This document shows positions 1 through 12,563 of a stretch of DNA of 64,000 nucleotides, piece after piece. The DNA is from Bugula neritina. Lineage: Eukaryota; Animalia; Bryozoa. Location of the stretch: assembly GCA_964035545.1 (NCBI GenBank), contig OZ037771.1, positions 8,487,408-8,551,407 on the forward strand, in the 5' to 3' direction. A program made the position numbers and the translations under genes. The notes beneath the pieces are model-generated. The model was given only the letters and a program-made list of their open reading frames with translations. It did not search any database and was not told the DNA's origin. Each line of letters opens with the position of its first letter. Position 1 is the stretch's first letter.

Positions 1-791
1 TAGTTTTACCATTTTATTTTATAGTAATACTAATACTTATAGTTATATTTATACTAATAGTGATACTAATAGTAATATGGTTAAATAGTTTACACAATTC
101 ATTAGAGTTTAGACATTCACATTGGTACTACTACTAATACTACTAAATACGTTCAGTGGTTCACTGTTAATGTTAGTATTATTATTAGTTCATACCTGTA
201 GGTACCAGCTACTAGTACTCATTTCTGATTAGTATCAATACATTATATTTATTATGTTTGTTAAATATTTAACTTTAATTGGTAAATTCACTAATAGTAA
301 TTGTAATATTTTTTTATTTCAACTTCATTTTCAAGACTTCTAGTCTAGTATTGATGTTATTGAGTAATTGATATTGAATCGGGCAAGTCATAGTCTCATA
401 CTAAAGATTGCTTTTCATGTTTGATTCATTTCACTGATTATTTCTGCACAGGTACTTGTGCGTGCAGGCATTATTTGTATGCATAGGATTTCACTATACA
501 TTTTCAAAATGCCTAAACTTCTGAAATTGTTGGCAGCACTTATAAACACAATCTATTCAAAGAATATATATGTAACTTGTTAAGTAATTGAATAATTATT
601 TTCTGGCTGACAGTTTATAATTCATAATTGTTTGTATATAAGCTAATGAGTAAATAAGTTACAGGCTTTTAAAATTAAATGCTTGTTTGACAGAAAATTA
701 TCTTAACGTCCTTGGGAATGTAGTTTTATCATAACTTCTTAAAATTGATATTGAAAGGTTTTCATTATTATGTTGATTTTTTATGTTTCAG

Positions 792-3156
792 GGGAGAATG
801 TAGCAATAGTTCACAAACCATCTTATATTAATATAGTTAACCAAGGTGGTAGCATTCCTCTTACAGATTTACAGCATATTTTGTTGTCTATTCATGGGTT
901 TACACTTCACAAGGTTGGTGGCTCACTTAAAAGTATTAAGTGTGCATCTATGCATCTTAAGCCATGATTGTCAGATAAAACATGTAATATCTTTTGTCTT
1001 GAAAATCACTAAGTTATTTTTAAAGTTTTATAGGTAATTAATTGTATGACATGAACTTTTTATGATATATGTTTTTTATATATTGGTGAAAGTTTTGGGA
1101 AAAGAATTCATTATAAAAAAAGTTTTTTTTAGGAGTTGCAGTTCCAGGGTTTGTATGCCCTGTCACCATTCCAGCATCCAAAATCTAGTGTTGTAGTCTC
1201 ACTTTATGGGGGAGAAAAGTTTGTTAAACAGCTGAATTACATGAAGATAGGTTCAAAAGTGGTAAGAATAAAGTAAATGCTTTAATGTTTTGTTAGAGTG
1301 ATTTGGAATTATGGGTCTGTGTGAGTTATCAGTATTTTCTTTAATACTCACAAAATTAGCTAGCTATGGGAAATTTTGTTGTTGGATTGTTGCATTTCTT
1401 AGCGCCAGATTATAAGTTTCCTGTTTTATCCAGGATGATGTGCATGTGCCAACTCATGCCTTGAGACATCATTTACATCACTTGTATGGGGAGGAGAGCA
1501 ACAGCGTTGAGATTAACCATGATAGTAAAGTGAGTATATACAATATGTGTGCATTGCAGTGTTGGTCATGTTTTACAGGCATTTAATAAAGTTGATTGTT
1601 TACAATCGCTCTTGGCAACTTTATTTTTCTCATTGAATAGTAGCTTATATGAAGCTTTTTATTAAGTTAATAATATCACTTTTAACCCATGATAAACTGA
1701 TAATCGAAGTATAGTAACATAAAGTGTGTGTTGGTGGAAATACATTATAGATACTAAACAAGATATATGCTGTGTCCATAGTTCTTGGAAATCAATGAAA
1801 GCAAGCAAATTTATCTTTGAATAAAGAGCTAGTTATTACCAACAAAGTTTAGTTGATCAATTGTTGTTATAAATACTTGTTGTAATTGTTGCGGTATTGA
1901 CCTGTTGCCATGACGACTCATTGCCGTGGTGACTTGTCATCATGTGTGCTGTAGGTAAATGACTTTAGCGGTGCACTGGAGGGAATGAGTGATAGTCTGA
2001 AGGCTATCTTATCATCTGTCAGTGAGATTCACAAACTGCAAGTGTTGAATGCGTCGGACCCCACGGTATTCCATTTGTTGAGACAAGCAAGTCTTATACT
2101 TCAGTCCCTTGATAAGGTATGTGTGTGTATCACAGCTGCATCATGTGACATTGTAGAATTGGTTGTCATTTTATATAAACACCTTAGTCAATTTAAACCT
2201 ATAAAATTATATATGAATGCATACCAAGTAATGGCACGTTTTAGATGGCGGAAGGTGGTACTGGTGTAGTGGACTTCTACTCTTTTGAGATTCATCTCCC
2301 CACTAGTGACAGTGCTGCTGTGAATGCTGAAGCAGCTCAGCTACTGAATTCTTTGTTTGAATGGGTTTGTATGTCCCTTTCTCCTTATATTTTTGCTAAC
2401 AGCCTGTAGTAGTATGCAGTGCCACAACAGACATTACGTTCAGTAATATCAGTAAAATACATTTATTCATGTTCTAGTTTTATAATATGTTGAATTTTTG
2501 TTGTATTCAGAATTATGTTAGTAAAAAATTGAATAAATTAATTTTTTTCGAAATGTCCTATGAAGTTGCGAAAGTGAAATATTTCAAATAGCTATGCTAC
2601 TTATACTATTTCATGTTATGTTTGCTAAATAGTAAGGTATGTTTTGTATTCTAATGATATCCTGCAGATGGACTCTAAGCTAAGAGGAATGTATGGTGAG
2701 GACTTTGTGGTGCTGGCAGTTAGCCTACCTGAAGACAGTGTTGTTAAGTCTAGAAAGACCAGAAGTCTCATGGCAGTTAGTTCTCTCTTCATCTAATAAC
2801 TAATAGTATATTTTAGTGCATCTTTACCGTAATGTTTGCCAGTTATTTGTCACCCTTATTCGTGTAGATCTCGCTGTATAATTTTCAACACCCTCACTTC
2901 TATTGTCTGCATTGTCATAATGTTCTACTTTGCTCTACAGATCACTGGAGCCACTCTAACAGCTGACCTTGCCACGGCCAACCTCGCTGTCGCCTACACT
3001 GCCGACTACCCTGTCATATTTCACCTGTGTTTGTGGCTCGTTGTGTTTCTGTTCTTGCTGACGCTGTTCACCATATATGGCATGATGAGTATGGACCCTG
3101 GGAATGACAGCATCATTTACAGAATGACAGCCACAAAAATCAAGAAAGATAATTAG
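792..3156 (+). CDS. ATP6AP2: (Pro)renin receptor / V-ATPase accessory protein 2, 5'-partial (signal-peptide exon not located)
   Basis: Phase-consistent GT-AG exons 792-913, 1133-1261, 1434-1529, 1955-2116, 2245-2364, 2668-2775, 2941-3156. Furin-type site RKTRSL in 2668-2775. The last exon encodes NLAVAYTADYPVIFHLCLW-TM-MDPGNDSIIYRMT..KIKKDN*, the ATP6AP2 C-terminal signature (family recognised from memory). Confidence 0.93.
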
Positions 3157-3787
3157 AAATCCTTAAACCTTGTAGTTGGTTAGTGAAACTGAATTGTTAT
3201 CAGAAGGAACATTCCTGTACCTGAGTAGTAGCTGTATTGTGTGTGCAATAAGTTTATTAGAATAAAGTACATAACTAATTATGTTGTTAGGTTTGGAGTT
3301 ATCTTAATACAACTGTCACGATGGGTTCAGTGTTTAATAGTGCTAAATGTTCATATTTTGAATTTATATTTATTCACTAAAGTTTTTTTAAAGGATTATA
3401 TTAATAATATGTATATATTATTGGATTACAACTTTAACTTTATGTTGTTTTTCAATGTGTTTATTATCTCTGAAAAGTTTGAAAAATTAAGTTTTAGTCA
3501 AAACTTTACTAATAAAATTATTCTTATATACAGGATTACATTTTAAAAGGTTCATGAATGAAACCTGGTTGGTATGAGAATTGGTGGGAGCATATATCAT
3601 TTACTTTTGATGATGAGCATTATTGTGTGCCACGAAAGCCATCACCCAGCTACAATCCCACCATTTTAGTAGAGATCATAAAATTTGTTTTGATACATAT
3701 ACAGTAATGTCTAGCACACACTTTATAGAGGAGTAGCTAATTGTTCAAAGTCAACTATTCCTAAACTTGTGCGCCTAGGCCTAAAAT

Positions 3788-4186
3788 GAAGCCGTGGCAT
3801 TTAGAAAACGGACAAATCACCAATAGACAACTCCAAATTGGACAATTAGAAAATGAAAAATATTCAACATGGCCTATAGTCCGGAGGAGGCGTTTAGCAT
3901 CTGGCCGGGTTCAAAATATCTTATTGTAAATGTGGGCAATTGGAACTATTCAGTAACTAATTCTACTCCCATGATAGCCTAACTTATTCGGCCTTTATAT
4001 TTATTGCTGAAAGCTATTTTAGACCCGGCCAGATGCTGAGCGCCCCCTTCGGCCTAGGCCATGTTGAATATTCTTCATTTGCCAAGTGTCATTTTCTTAT
4101 AGTCTCTTTTCGAGTTGTCTATTGGTGATTTGTCCGGTTTCCAAATAGGTATCTTCCAATTGTCATCTTTGAAATGTCGTGTCACC
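3788..4186. mobile_element. Foldback MITE with long imperfect inverted arms (MULE/hAT-type TSD)
   Basis: Arms ~3800-3920 and ~4015-4145 are inverted. CCTAAAAT is duplicated at 3780-3787 and 4187-4194. Absent at the paralogous site near 36630. Confidence 0.75.
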
Positions 4187-4647
4187 CCTAAAATTGCGTC
4201 TCAAAGTATTTTTGTTGAGTCTACATGGTTCAGTATAACTCTTTTTGCTTGAAATTTAATGTTATAGTGTTATAAATTAAGTACTATAATGACTTGTGCA
4301 GACAAGTTGAAGTTCTCTGGTGTAAATAGACTAGTATAGCAAGCAGTATACAACTCCAACCACATTTACTAGTAAAATAAATTTTGGGAGGAAATTGGTT
4401 ACAAAATATAGTATGCAAGAGTTGTTTCCTCTAAACACATGTGTGACACAACTCCACAAAATGTGGATTGTAATCAGCACAGATGAAACTGATGTTTGTT
4501 ACATTTAATAAATATGTACATTAGTGCTAGTTTTGCCCCATTATAATTACACTATTTGCACAGTTCCTGTGTTGGAGAATTTCCCTTGACATTTTTATCC
4601 CAATTACCAATAAAATTCTTACCAGCTAAGCTCTACTAATATAGAAA

Positions 4648-4980
4648 AAATTTCAAAATGCTTTCTATAAATGTGGTACACCTATAAAACTATCTCTCAA
4701 AAAATTGTGGCTAAAAATTAATAGGTGGGTAGAGCCTATCGCATGATGTATTGCTTTTTCAAATGTACCTGATATTCTGTAAGCTGCCACTTTTTTGTTG
4801 TAGCATTTAGAATAGTAATTTTTAGCATGTAGACACTCTATAGTGTCCTTATAAAGCATTGGGTACATCAAAAAAGTAACATCATGCCATAGGCTTTGCC
4901 CACCAATCAATTTTAGTCAAAATAATTTTGAGAGATCGTTTCATAGGTGTATAACATTCCTAAAAAGTATTTTGAATATT
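4648..4980. mobile_element. Foldback inverted-repeat element
   Basis: ~4648-4790 is an imperfect reverse complement of ~4840-4980. TSD not resolved. Confidence 0.55.
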
Positions 4981-5969
4981 AAACTTGAATTATTCAAATA
5001 GTTGCATATTTAAAATTTTATAATACCCCTTTGAAAATTGCTTCACCCCTGTGTATCCACCCCTTTGAATCGAGAACCCCCCCCCCCCCCCCCAGTTACA
5101 AAAAAAATTGCTTGCATATTTGTAATCAGTGGAATGTTGGCTTCGTAGTGATATATAGCAACAAAGGTTACTATGGATGTGCTCTACCCGCCTATTTTTG
5201 CATGTTGGCAACCCCACTATTAACATAATTACAGAAATATCATTAGATAGGTACTGAGTAATTCCATTAGCATCATATACTGGCTGCCAAGGAGTATAGT
5301 CATTGGCATAACTAAGAGAGTATAAACTGTTACTAACAGCTGATTATATTATATACTACTGTTATATGCTACACATATTTTACCATCACTATAATATGAA
5401 GGTTACTGTATCAACAATCATATAATGTATATTGCTTCTGCAACAACAACTTATTATGTTGTTTCATTACAGACATACCATAAATCACACTGTTTTATTC
5501 TCAATAGGAATAATTTGTGACAATGCTTGTGGTCTTTGGTTATAATGTTTATAAGCATTATAGGCCTACTGACATATAAATATATTGGAAGATTTGCAGG
5601 TAATCCTAGCTATGTTGGCTGGTTACTATTTTACCTGCATATTTAGGTAAAGTACGTAGTTGTTATAATATAGTATTGACATATGATTTGGTTTGTGTAG
5701 CACATAGTTTGTACAGCACATGACTAGTATAACACATAATTGGTATAACACATGGTTGGTATAGCGAGTGGTATTGGTATAGCACATGGAATGTATAGGC
5801 TATAGACTATCACTACCTTCCCACCACCCCCACTTATTTAATGGAAAATCTATTTGCATAATGCGAAGTATGAGAACACAGTGTATAACACAAGTTGTAA
5901 TGGCGGCATAGTAGCCGGGCCAAGGCACCCGATCAAATATGTTTGACTCAATAAATTTTAAGCATTTAA

Positions 5970-6200
5970 CTTATTTACTAGCAGAATACATGCTACTCAG
6001 TCCACATATAGCTGCATGGCTGATGGATCAGCCACTTCTAGTGACAGCGGCTTGCTTAATCTCCAGTCTCCATGTCTCTGTTGATGTTCTCACTAGGTTT
6101 TCTTCTTGTCACCCTTAGTGTTAACTGACTGAGCTATAAAACCCTGCCAGCTTTACTGAAATCTGAGAACTATTTTTAGCCTTGACATGAAACTATCAGC
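5970..6200 (-). mobile_element. Decayed RTE-like LINE 3' fragment
   Basis: Minus strand gives a broken RRKP..TETWRLEIKQA-type C-terminus and a TAAATAAGT tail. Weak. Confidence 0.35.
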
Positions 6201-7013
6201 TATGAGAAAATGAGGCTATACATTTAAACATTATTAGAATGAATTTCCTCACTTTGTGGGAATTGACTGTGTGAGGAAAGACGATATGAGGTGGTTGTGG
6301 AGTTGGGGGTTTGATAGCCTGAGTTCTAGCAGAAGTTTGTAGCATGAGAAGTTGTCTTACAAACAGTCGCAACCCGAACTTCAACCTTAAACTTCAAATC
6401 ACAAGCTCAAGCCACACAAGTTTTTTATGTACAGAACATGAAAATTACATAAATCTAAGGTTGTCACTATAAGAAAAGTGTATTACTAAAGTAACTATTA
6501 GTACATGTGATTGATTGCATAAGACTGGTAAAATGGTCAGCTGCTTGCACCATCGGCTATATTTTTGTAAAAATGCGCAATTGAAAAAGAAAACCAGGTG
6601 CACACTGAAGTCAGTCCCTGCCGCTACATATTGATGAGTCACTCTATTCTATATCAACAAACCTTTCCCCAATCAAGTGATCGGCTCTTAATTCTAGCAC
6701 GCTGTTGGGTAATATATTGGCCTACTATATATTGCCATCTTTAGATATCTCTTGTGTATACCCAACAACATGCAGTGTCACAGAATTAGGTGGTGCTTTA
6801 GTTTCTAATTCCAAAACTAAGGAAACTTCAAATGCTGTTAGTAAGAGTTACTGGCTTAGAAAAGTTTGTATTATATGATAATTAATTAAAAATAACATGA
6901 AAGCTCTTTTAAAAGTGAAATGAGAGAAATGAAAATAGTGATGCAGGAGGAATTTTTTGTATTTTTGTATTATGCAGGCATCATTAAAAGGAAAATGAAT
7001 AGTTAGGAAAATT

Positions 7014-7105
7014 GTGTGTGTGTGTGTCTGTGTGTGCGTGTGTGCGTGTTTGCGAGTGTGTGCAAGGGTGCGTGTGTGCGTGTGTGTGCGTGTGTATGTA
7101 TGTGC
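7014..7105. repeat. (TG/CG)n microsatellite
   Basis: Seen directly. A short version lies at the paralogous site ~37513-37528. Confidence 0.9.
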
Positions 7106-7500
7106 TCATATTGACAGTAGCTGAAGAAAGAAATAGGAAGTAGATCAGGGTGTATAAACACATCTTTGACCACTGATCAATCAAGTCTAAAGTCTCCAAT
7201 TGGCTACTTGCATGGTCACATGATTAAATGGTTGCTGCCTTAGACACAGAGTTTGCTCTACTAGGTCTATTTTATCATAAATAGATACAAGAAAATGTAT
7301 GCAAATTTATTGGCTTTACTAGAGTCCAGGAAGGAATACTTGTGAGAAGCTTTGATTGACTGTATATACATTATTCTTACTATTAGTTAGTAACAATCTT
7401 ATAGACTGTAGACTGTGGTTCATATCTTGTAAGTATTGTCTAGTTTAATAGCTTAGTAATGTTGGCAGTAATTATTATGAAATGGTCAGTCTATATAATT
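7105..7500 (+). promoter_or_regulatory. Conserved non-coding block: candidate promoter plus untranslated first exon of receptor A
   Basis: Strong similarity to 37530-37940. CCAATTGG at 7196, GGTCACATGA at 7214, and a GTAAGT donor at 7429 (paralogue 37867). Function is inferred. Confidence 0.4.
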
Positions 7501-7953
7501 AAATATATTTCCCTTGCATGTATAATGAATATCTTCCCTTTTAGTATTTAAAATGTCTAGATAAGAAATTTCTCTCTATTTCAGTTTCCAAGGTGCAGGC
7601 AAACTAATTTGATTACCAATATTATTACAAGATAGAAAGTAACTATATAAACCAACTTGCAACATCAGTTCTGTTACAGAGCGTTTTATCAACTTTCTTA
7701 CTTAGATGGCTGTAATCCTGCACCCCTGTGCCAACTGTCTTAAATTTTGTTGTATATTCTTTTATTGTAACTATGAACAAAGCTGATGATATAAATAGCA
7801 TTCAATATTGACAATTGCCCTTCTTAAAACATCTACAGTTGTATTGACATGAAATAGAATTCAGCGAAAACCATTAATAAAAGTTTTAGAACAAGCAATT
7901 TAAATAGGCGATTGGCCTAAAAACTGCCATTTACACTTTACAGTAAAAATATA

Positions 7954-8816
7954 AGGGAGAGTGGTGCTAGTTGAACCAAAATTGCATTTTTGAGCTTAAG
8001 TTTTGAGGAACCGTTTTGCCCATCCAATAACCAGCATTACAAAAATCAGTCCTTATATATGTTGTTTTCTTTGTCTATAAAAACTAAATGAATAAACAGT
8101 ATAGTGACTGAGATGAAGCCAATTTTTTTACTGTAAGGTTTTATGGCACAACACGCCCGCCCGGTAGGGACACAGTGAACAGCTCTGTGTGAAAGTTGGA
8201 CCAATGCCCTTTATATCCTATAATATAAATTGTTTTAGGGTCATTCCGTGTCAAATCAACCAAATTTCAGAAAGTTTCACGCCTTTGCGTCTCAGATTTT
8301 ATTCATATTTACACCAAATGGACCTACACATGTCCTGAGCACTATTCTTGAGTATTTCTGGCCTGACACAAAAAGTTTTTGAGAAATGACTACTTCCTGA
8401 ACGAAGGTGGTTCTAAAAACATTTGCAGATTAGCTTAATTATAACACTGTTGACTTACATTTTCATGTGTTCTAAGACTAAATTTATGTTTGAATTTATA
8501 TATAGATTAGAGAAAAAATTTAATTCAGAAAAATATAAACTTTTAAATGTGAAAATTGGTGTGCCCAAGTATAATGAACATAGTGAAAATAATTAGTGGG
8601 GCATGTTATACCTTGGTTCAAATCGCCATACTTCTTACGTGGTTAAACTAGCCCCACACTCTCACTTAAAATCTTCTGATTTGATTTTATATATTTCATT
8701 ACGTGTGGTAGTTCACCTAATTTTTTTTAAGTAAAGGAGATAAAATGGTGCAATGATTTAAAGGAAAAGCTATAGAGCATGTAGGTCAACTAGCTCCATG
8801 GTGCAACTATCTCCCC
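7954..8816. mobile_element. Non-autonomous Tc1/mariner-pogo-type DNA transposon
   Basis: Termini AGGGAGAGTGGTGCTAGTTGAACC and CAACTATCTCCCC, flanked by TA. Absent at the paralogous site ~38325. Right half matches 35940-36540. A nested GGGTCATTCC terminus sits at 8238. Confidence 0.7.
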
Positions 8817-9260
8817 TATACCATTATAATCAATATCATACATGCAATTATTATCCACGTGCAAATTCAGTTATGAAAAATTATGTATTTTATTTATATT
8901 TGTATTACACTTTTTCTGTAATTTAAAGTGTAGAGTTGAACATTTGCGAACTACAGATTTTCAGAGCTAGCCACGAAAGCTGCATGTTCTTCATCTTTAG
9001 GAGCTGCTGTGAGTAAGAAATTATGTGGTAATTGGAAATAATATGGGTTTTAACAAATCAGCAGCAAAAGCCGTTATGTAGAATTTATTTAATTTATTTT
9101 GTTGCCTCAGTTCTAAATAGTAGCAGATTGTATGTATTTTTTCTTGAGTGATAGAAATTGTCTCCCCTTCATAAAGTGTCTCTGTGACAAGGTAAGATGA
9201 TGACTCACTGTCTACAGTATGAAGTACAGTATTATACAAGGCAGCAGCAATACTGGCAAT

Positions 9261-9424
9261 CACTGCGTTTCCATTATCGCATTATGCGAATGGATTTTTT
9301 CATTCGGCTAATGGAAACAGTTACATCGAATGAAACCGCAACTATAAGTTAATGCAAACCACAAACCACAAATAATCCGTACGGGGCATTCATTCGCATT
9401 ATGCGCAGTCATGGAAACGCAGTG
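9261..9424. mobile_element. Small palindromic MITE
   Basis: TIR CACTGCGTTTCCAT...ATGGAAACGCAGTG. Absent from the paralogue (~38710). A decayed relative lies at ~9663-9795. Confidence 0.75.
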
Positions 9425-10913
9425 ACATAAGGAGGCACCAGCATTTATAGCCAATCTTTTTAGTATGCATTGCATTTACATACCGTTCATTGTGTCATAC
9501 AGATTATATATACAACAAAAGTATACATCTTTTGACATTCTGAGGTGACATAATGCTCCCTATCTGTATAGATAGGTGAAAGTGCATTGGCAAAGTCATA
9601 ACGTGTAGTATTCCCTTTGTATTATTCATGGATAAAAATTTTTTCCAATAACTGCCTTCCATTACTGCATTACCCAAATGAACTTTTCATTCGCCTAATG
9701 GTAATAGTTCATTGAAGGAAACCACAACAATAAGCCCAGATTAATTTGTGCTGCATCCGTTTGCATGATGCGAAGCATTGGTGGAAAAGTGCAGTACAGG
9801 TAGAAACATAGTATTGGTTTAGAGTACTTTCTATCAACATATAAATATGTTGGCATATCAGTGTAAGTTGAACTAATTTCTATGGGACAAAAGTTTAAGT
9901 TAAAAATATATCATTTCCAGGAAGAGGCACAATGGCAGACTATACAAACTTTGTGTCAGTAATGACAGGTATTTCAGTTGTATCGGCAGTGTTAGTGGTG
10001 TCAGTAATGCTGCTATATCAAATGTACCAGTGGTGTCAGTTGTATCAGTAGCATCAGTAGTGTTGCTTGTCCTATATAGGAAAATCTCTTCTCCAAGTGT
10101 TTTATTTTTATGTGAAATTCAACGACCTGCACTCGTTAACAAAAGTGATATTGGACACTAAAAGTTTATATTTCAGATTAAGTGCTACATAACTCACTTT
10201 TCTATTTATACTGTTATTAGTTTTTTCCTTCAAGCTACCTGGCCTAGATCATTTTAAACAGTGGAGCTTGTTTTCAATATACTTTCCTTAACTGTGAAAC
10301 TAAAATTATATCATAATTATATACAACATATGTACCATAGTAGATAGAGATATGCATTTCTAAAAGTGATAGCGCTGTGTTTAATAAAATAAATTCATGA
10401 TATTAAACAAGTGCATATATGTTTGCCAAAAGAACTATCATACATGCTTATATTATTGTAAGCTAAAAAATAATTCAGTATCAAATTACATCATGTATTG
10501 TTTCTCCCTATATTGAATGAGGTAGTTAGTTGCTTTAGGGCCTGACATATAAACAGAAATTTCATAAACACGTTTCTTCTGTCAATATATTTTTTATAGA
10601 CTTTATGGCTGACAACCTATTTCAAACTTAATTATAAAGAATTAAAAAAAAGTTTACAAGTTTACATTAGAGATTGGCAACAGAACATTTTAGAACATTT
10701 TGTCTTTTATTTCTGTTTTTGAATAATCACTGTAGTTGGTGTAGATACAATGGCGTACCTTGTTCAGCAATCTTCTGCTTATTGAATCAAGAGTAAAGGC
10801 TAGAAAAGTATGATGTAGTTTTGAAGAGATTATTTTTCATGTTCTACTAGAGAGAAGAGAGAGAGAGAGTGACTGAAACAGACTGACTGCTACTGGAAGT
10901 AACTATCCTGGAC

Positions 10914-12495
10914 ATGATGAAGATATACAACTGCCTTGTTTACTTACCAATACTCTTGTCAGTTTTGGGCAGTGTGGAGTCACTAGAGTTAAACATTGGC
11001 ATGTTTAGTGAGAATTTGACTAACGGCAGCATGACGACAATAACTTACAACGAAACCGGTGGGTTCTGCAACAGTTTTGTCCTTGGTACGGTAGAAGAGT
11101 GCAAGTACTATGGCGAGTGTTGTGGAGATGTAGTGAGGATCAGAGAGAGGCTGGAACATGGAACCTATCAGTGTATGAACATAGGAGACACTCAGGGTTA
11201 GTTTCAATCTCACCATTTTAGTCCAATTGTGGGTAACAGGGAACATTGTAAACTATGATAAGTAGAAATCAAGATATTTTGATGCCCTGGCTTCTTAAAA
11301 GTTGATAGACCTGGTGAGTGTAAAACTAGCTAGTCAAAAAGGAAACTCTTAAAAATTAATATAGACAAACCCTTTTAACTGAAAACTTTTGAGCTACATA
11401 ATAATGAATGCAGTTGCATTGGTTGCATCTCCTGCACAAGTCTGTATTCACTTGCTTGAATATTACAGTATATGCATGGCTTTGTTGTCAGATATATTCT
11501 TAGCAACTCAACATATGACAAGTAGTAAAGGTTAAAGAATCCCCGACGCACACTTAACTTATGCAGTACTAAAATATTCTTATACATATATGTTAGTTTT
11601 CCTTTGCATATTGTTTTATGGTTGGATGTCTAAAAAATTTTGTTTTATGATGAATTTTGTGTGAGTATGTACTGAAATGAAATTTTCGGTGAGCTTTGGC
11701 TTTACAGCTACTAGAAAACTATTACTAACTACAACTAACTTTTACTGCATGCTATTGTTAGTTGCTGTACTGCACAGCATAATCACTGATATGGCTTGAA
11801 ATTTTAAACTTTGAACTTTCAAGCCACATTAGTGATTATGCTGTGCAGTGCAGCAGCTAACAATAGCACGCAATGAAAGTTAGCTATAATTAATATAAGT
11901 TTTATAGTAGTGGTAGCCTAGGGCCACACGGTGCGTATTTTCGCATGCAAAAATTGAAATCACAAGTAGCAAATGTGTCCACTGTGCGCGTTGAGAAAAC
12001 CTTCGCACTTGTCGCTCTGCATTCTCAACGCAAATGCGAATCGTCTCTGTCGTCGTCACCTAATTGGCTGATAGTTATTCAGCGAGCCCAACTTCTTTAT
12101 TTTAGTGCTACATTCCAGTAAATTGCGTTTTATTGAAAGCGAGTGCGATTTAAAAATGAAAGCTTTATTTATCACGCATCACTGACGCTACAGTGGACAC
12201 CTTTGCTACTTGTGATTTCAATTGGCCCTAGGCGTAAAGCCAAAGTCGACCGAAAATTCCATTTCCAGGGGATTAGAAATTCCACATCATCCAATACATT
12301 ATAAAACATTATAAAACAAAATTGTTTAGACTTCCAACCTTAAAACAGTATGCAAAGGAAAACTAACATATATAAGAATATTGTAGTATTGCATAAATGA
12401 AGTGTGTCAGGGATTCTTTAAGTAAGCAAAGCTCGTCAATTTCTTTAGCTGATTTTTGTCTAGCATGCTCATAAGTTATATATACATGTATATAT

Positions 12496-12563
<68 letters not shown>

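Noticed and set aside
509-583. Short ORF MPKLLKLLAALINTIY as the ATP6AP2 signal-peptide exon
   Set aside because: No convincing phase-1 donor and weak hydrophobic core; cannot be supported.
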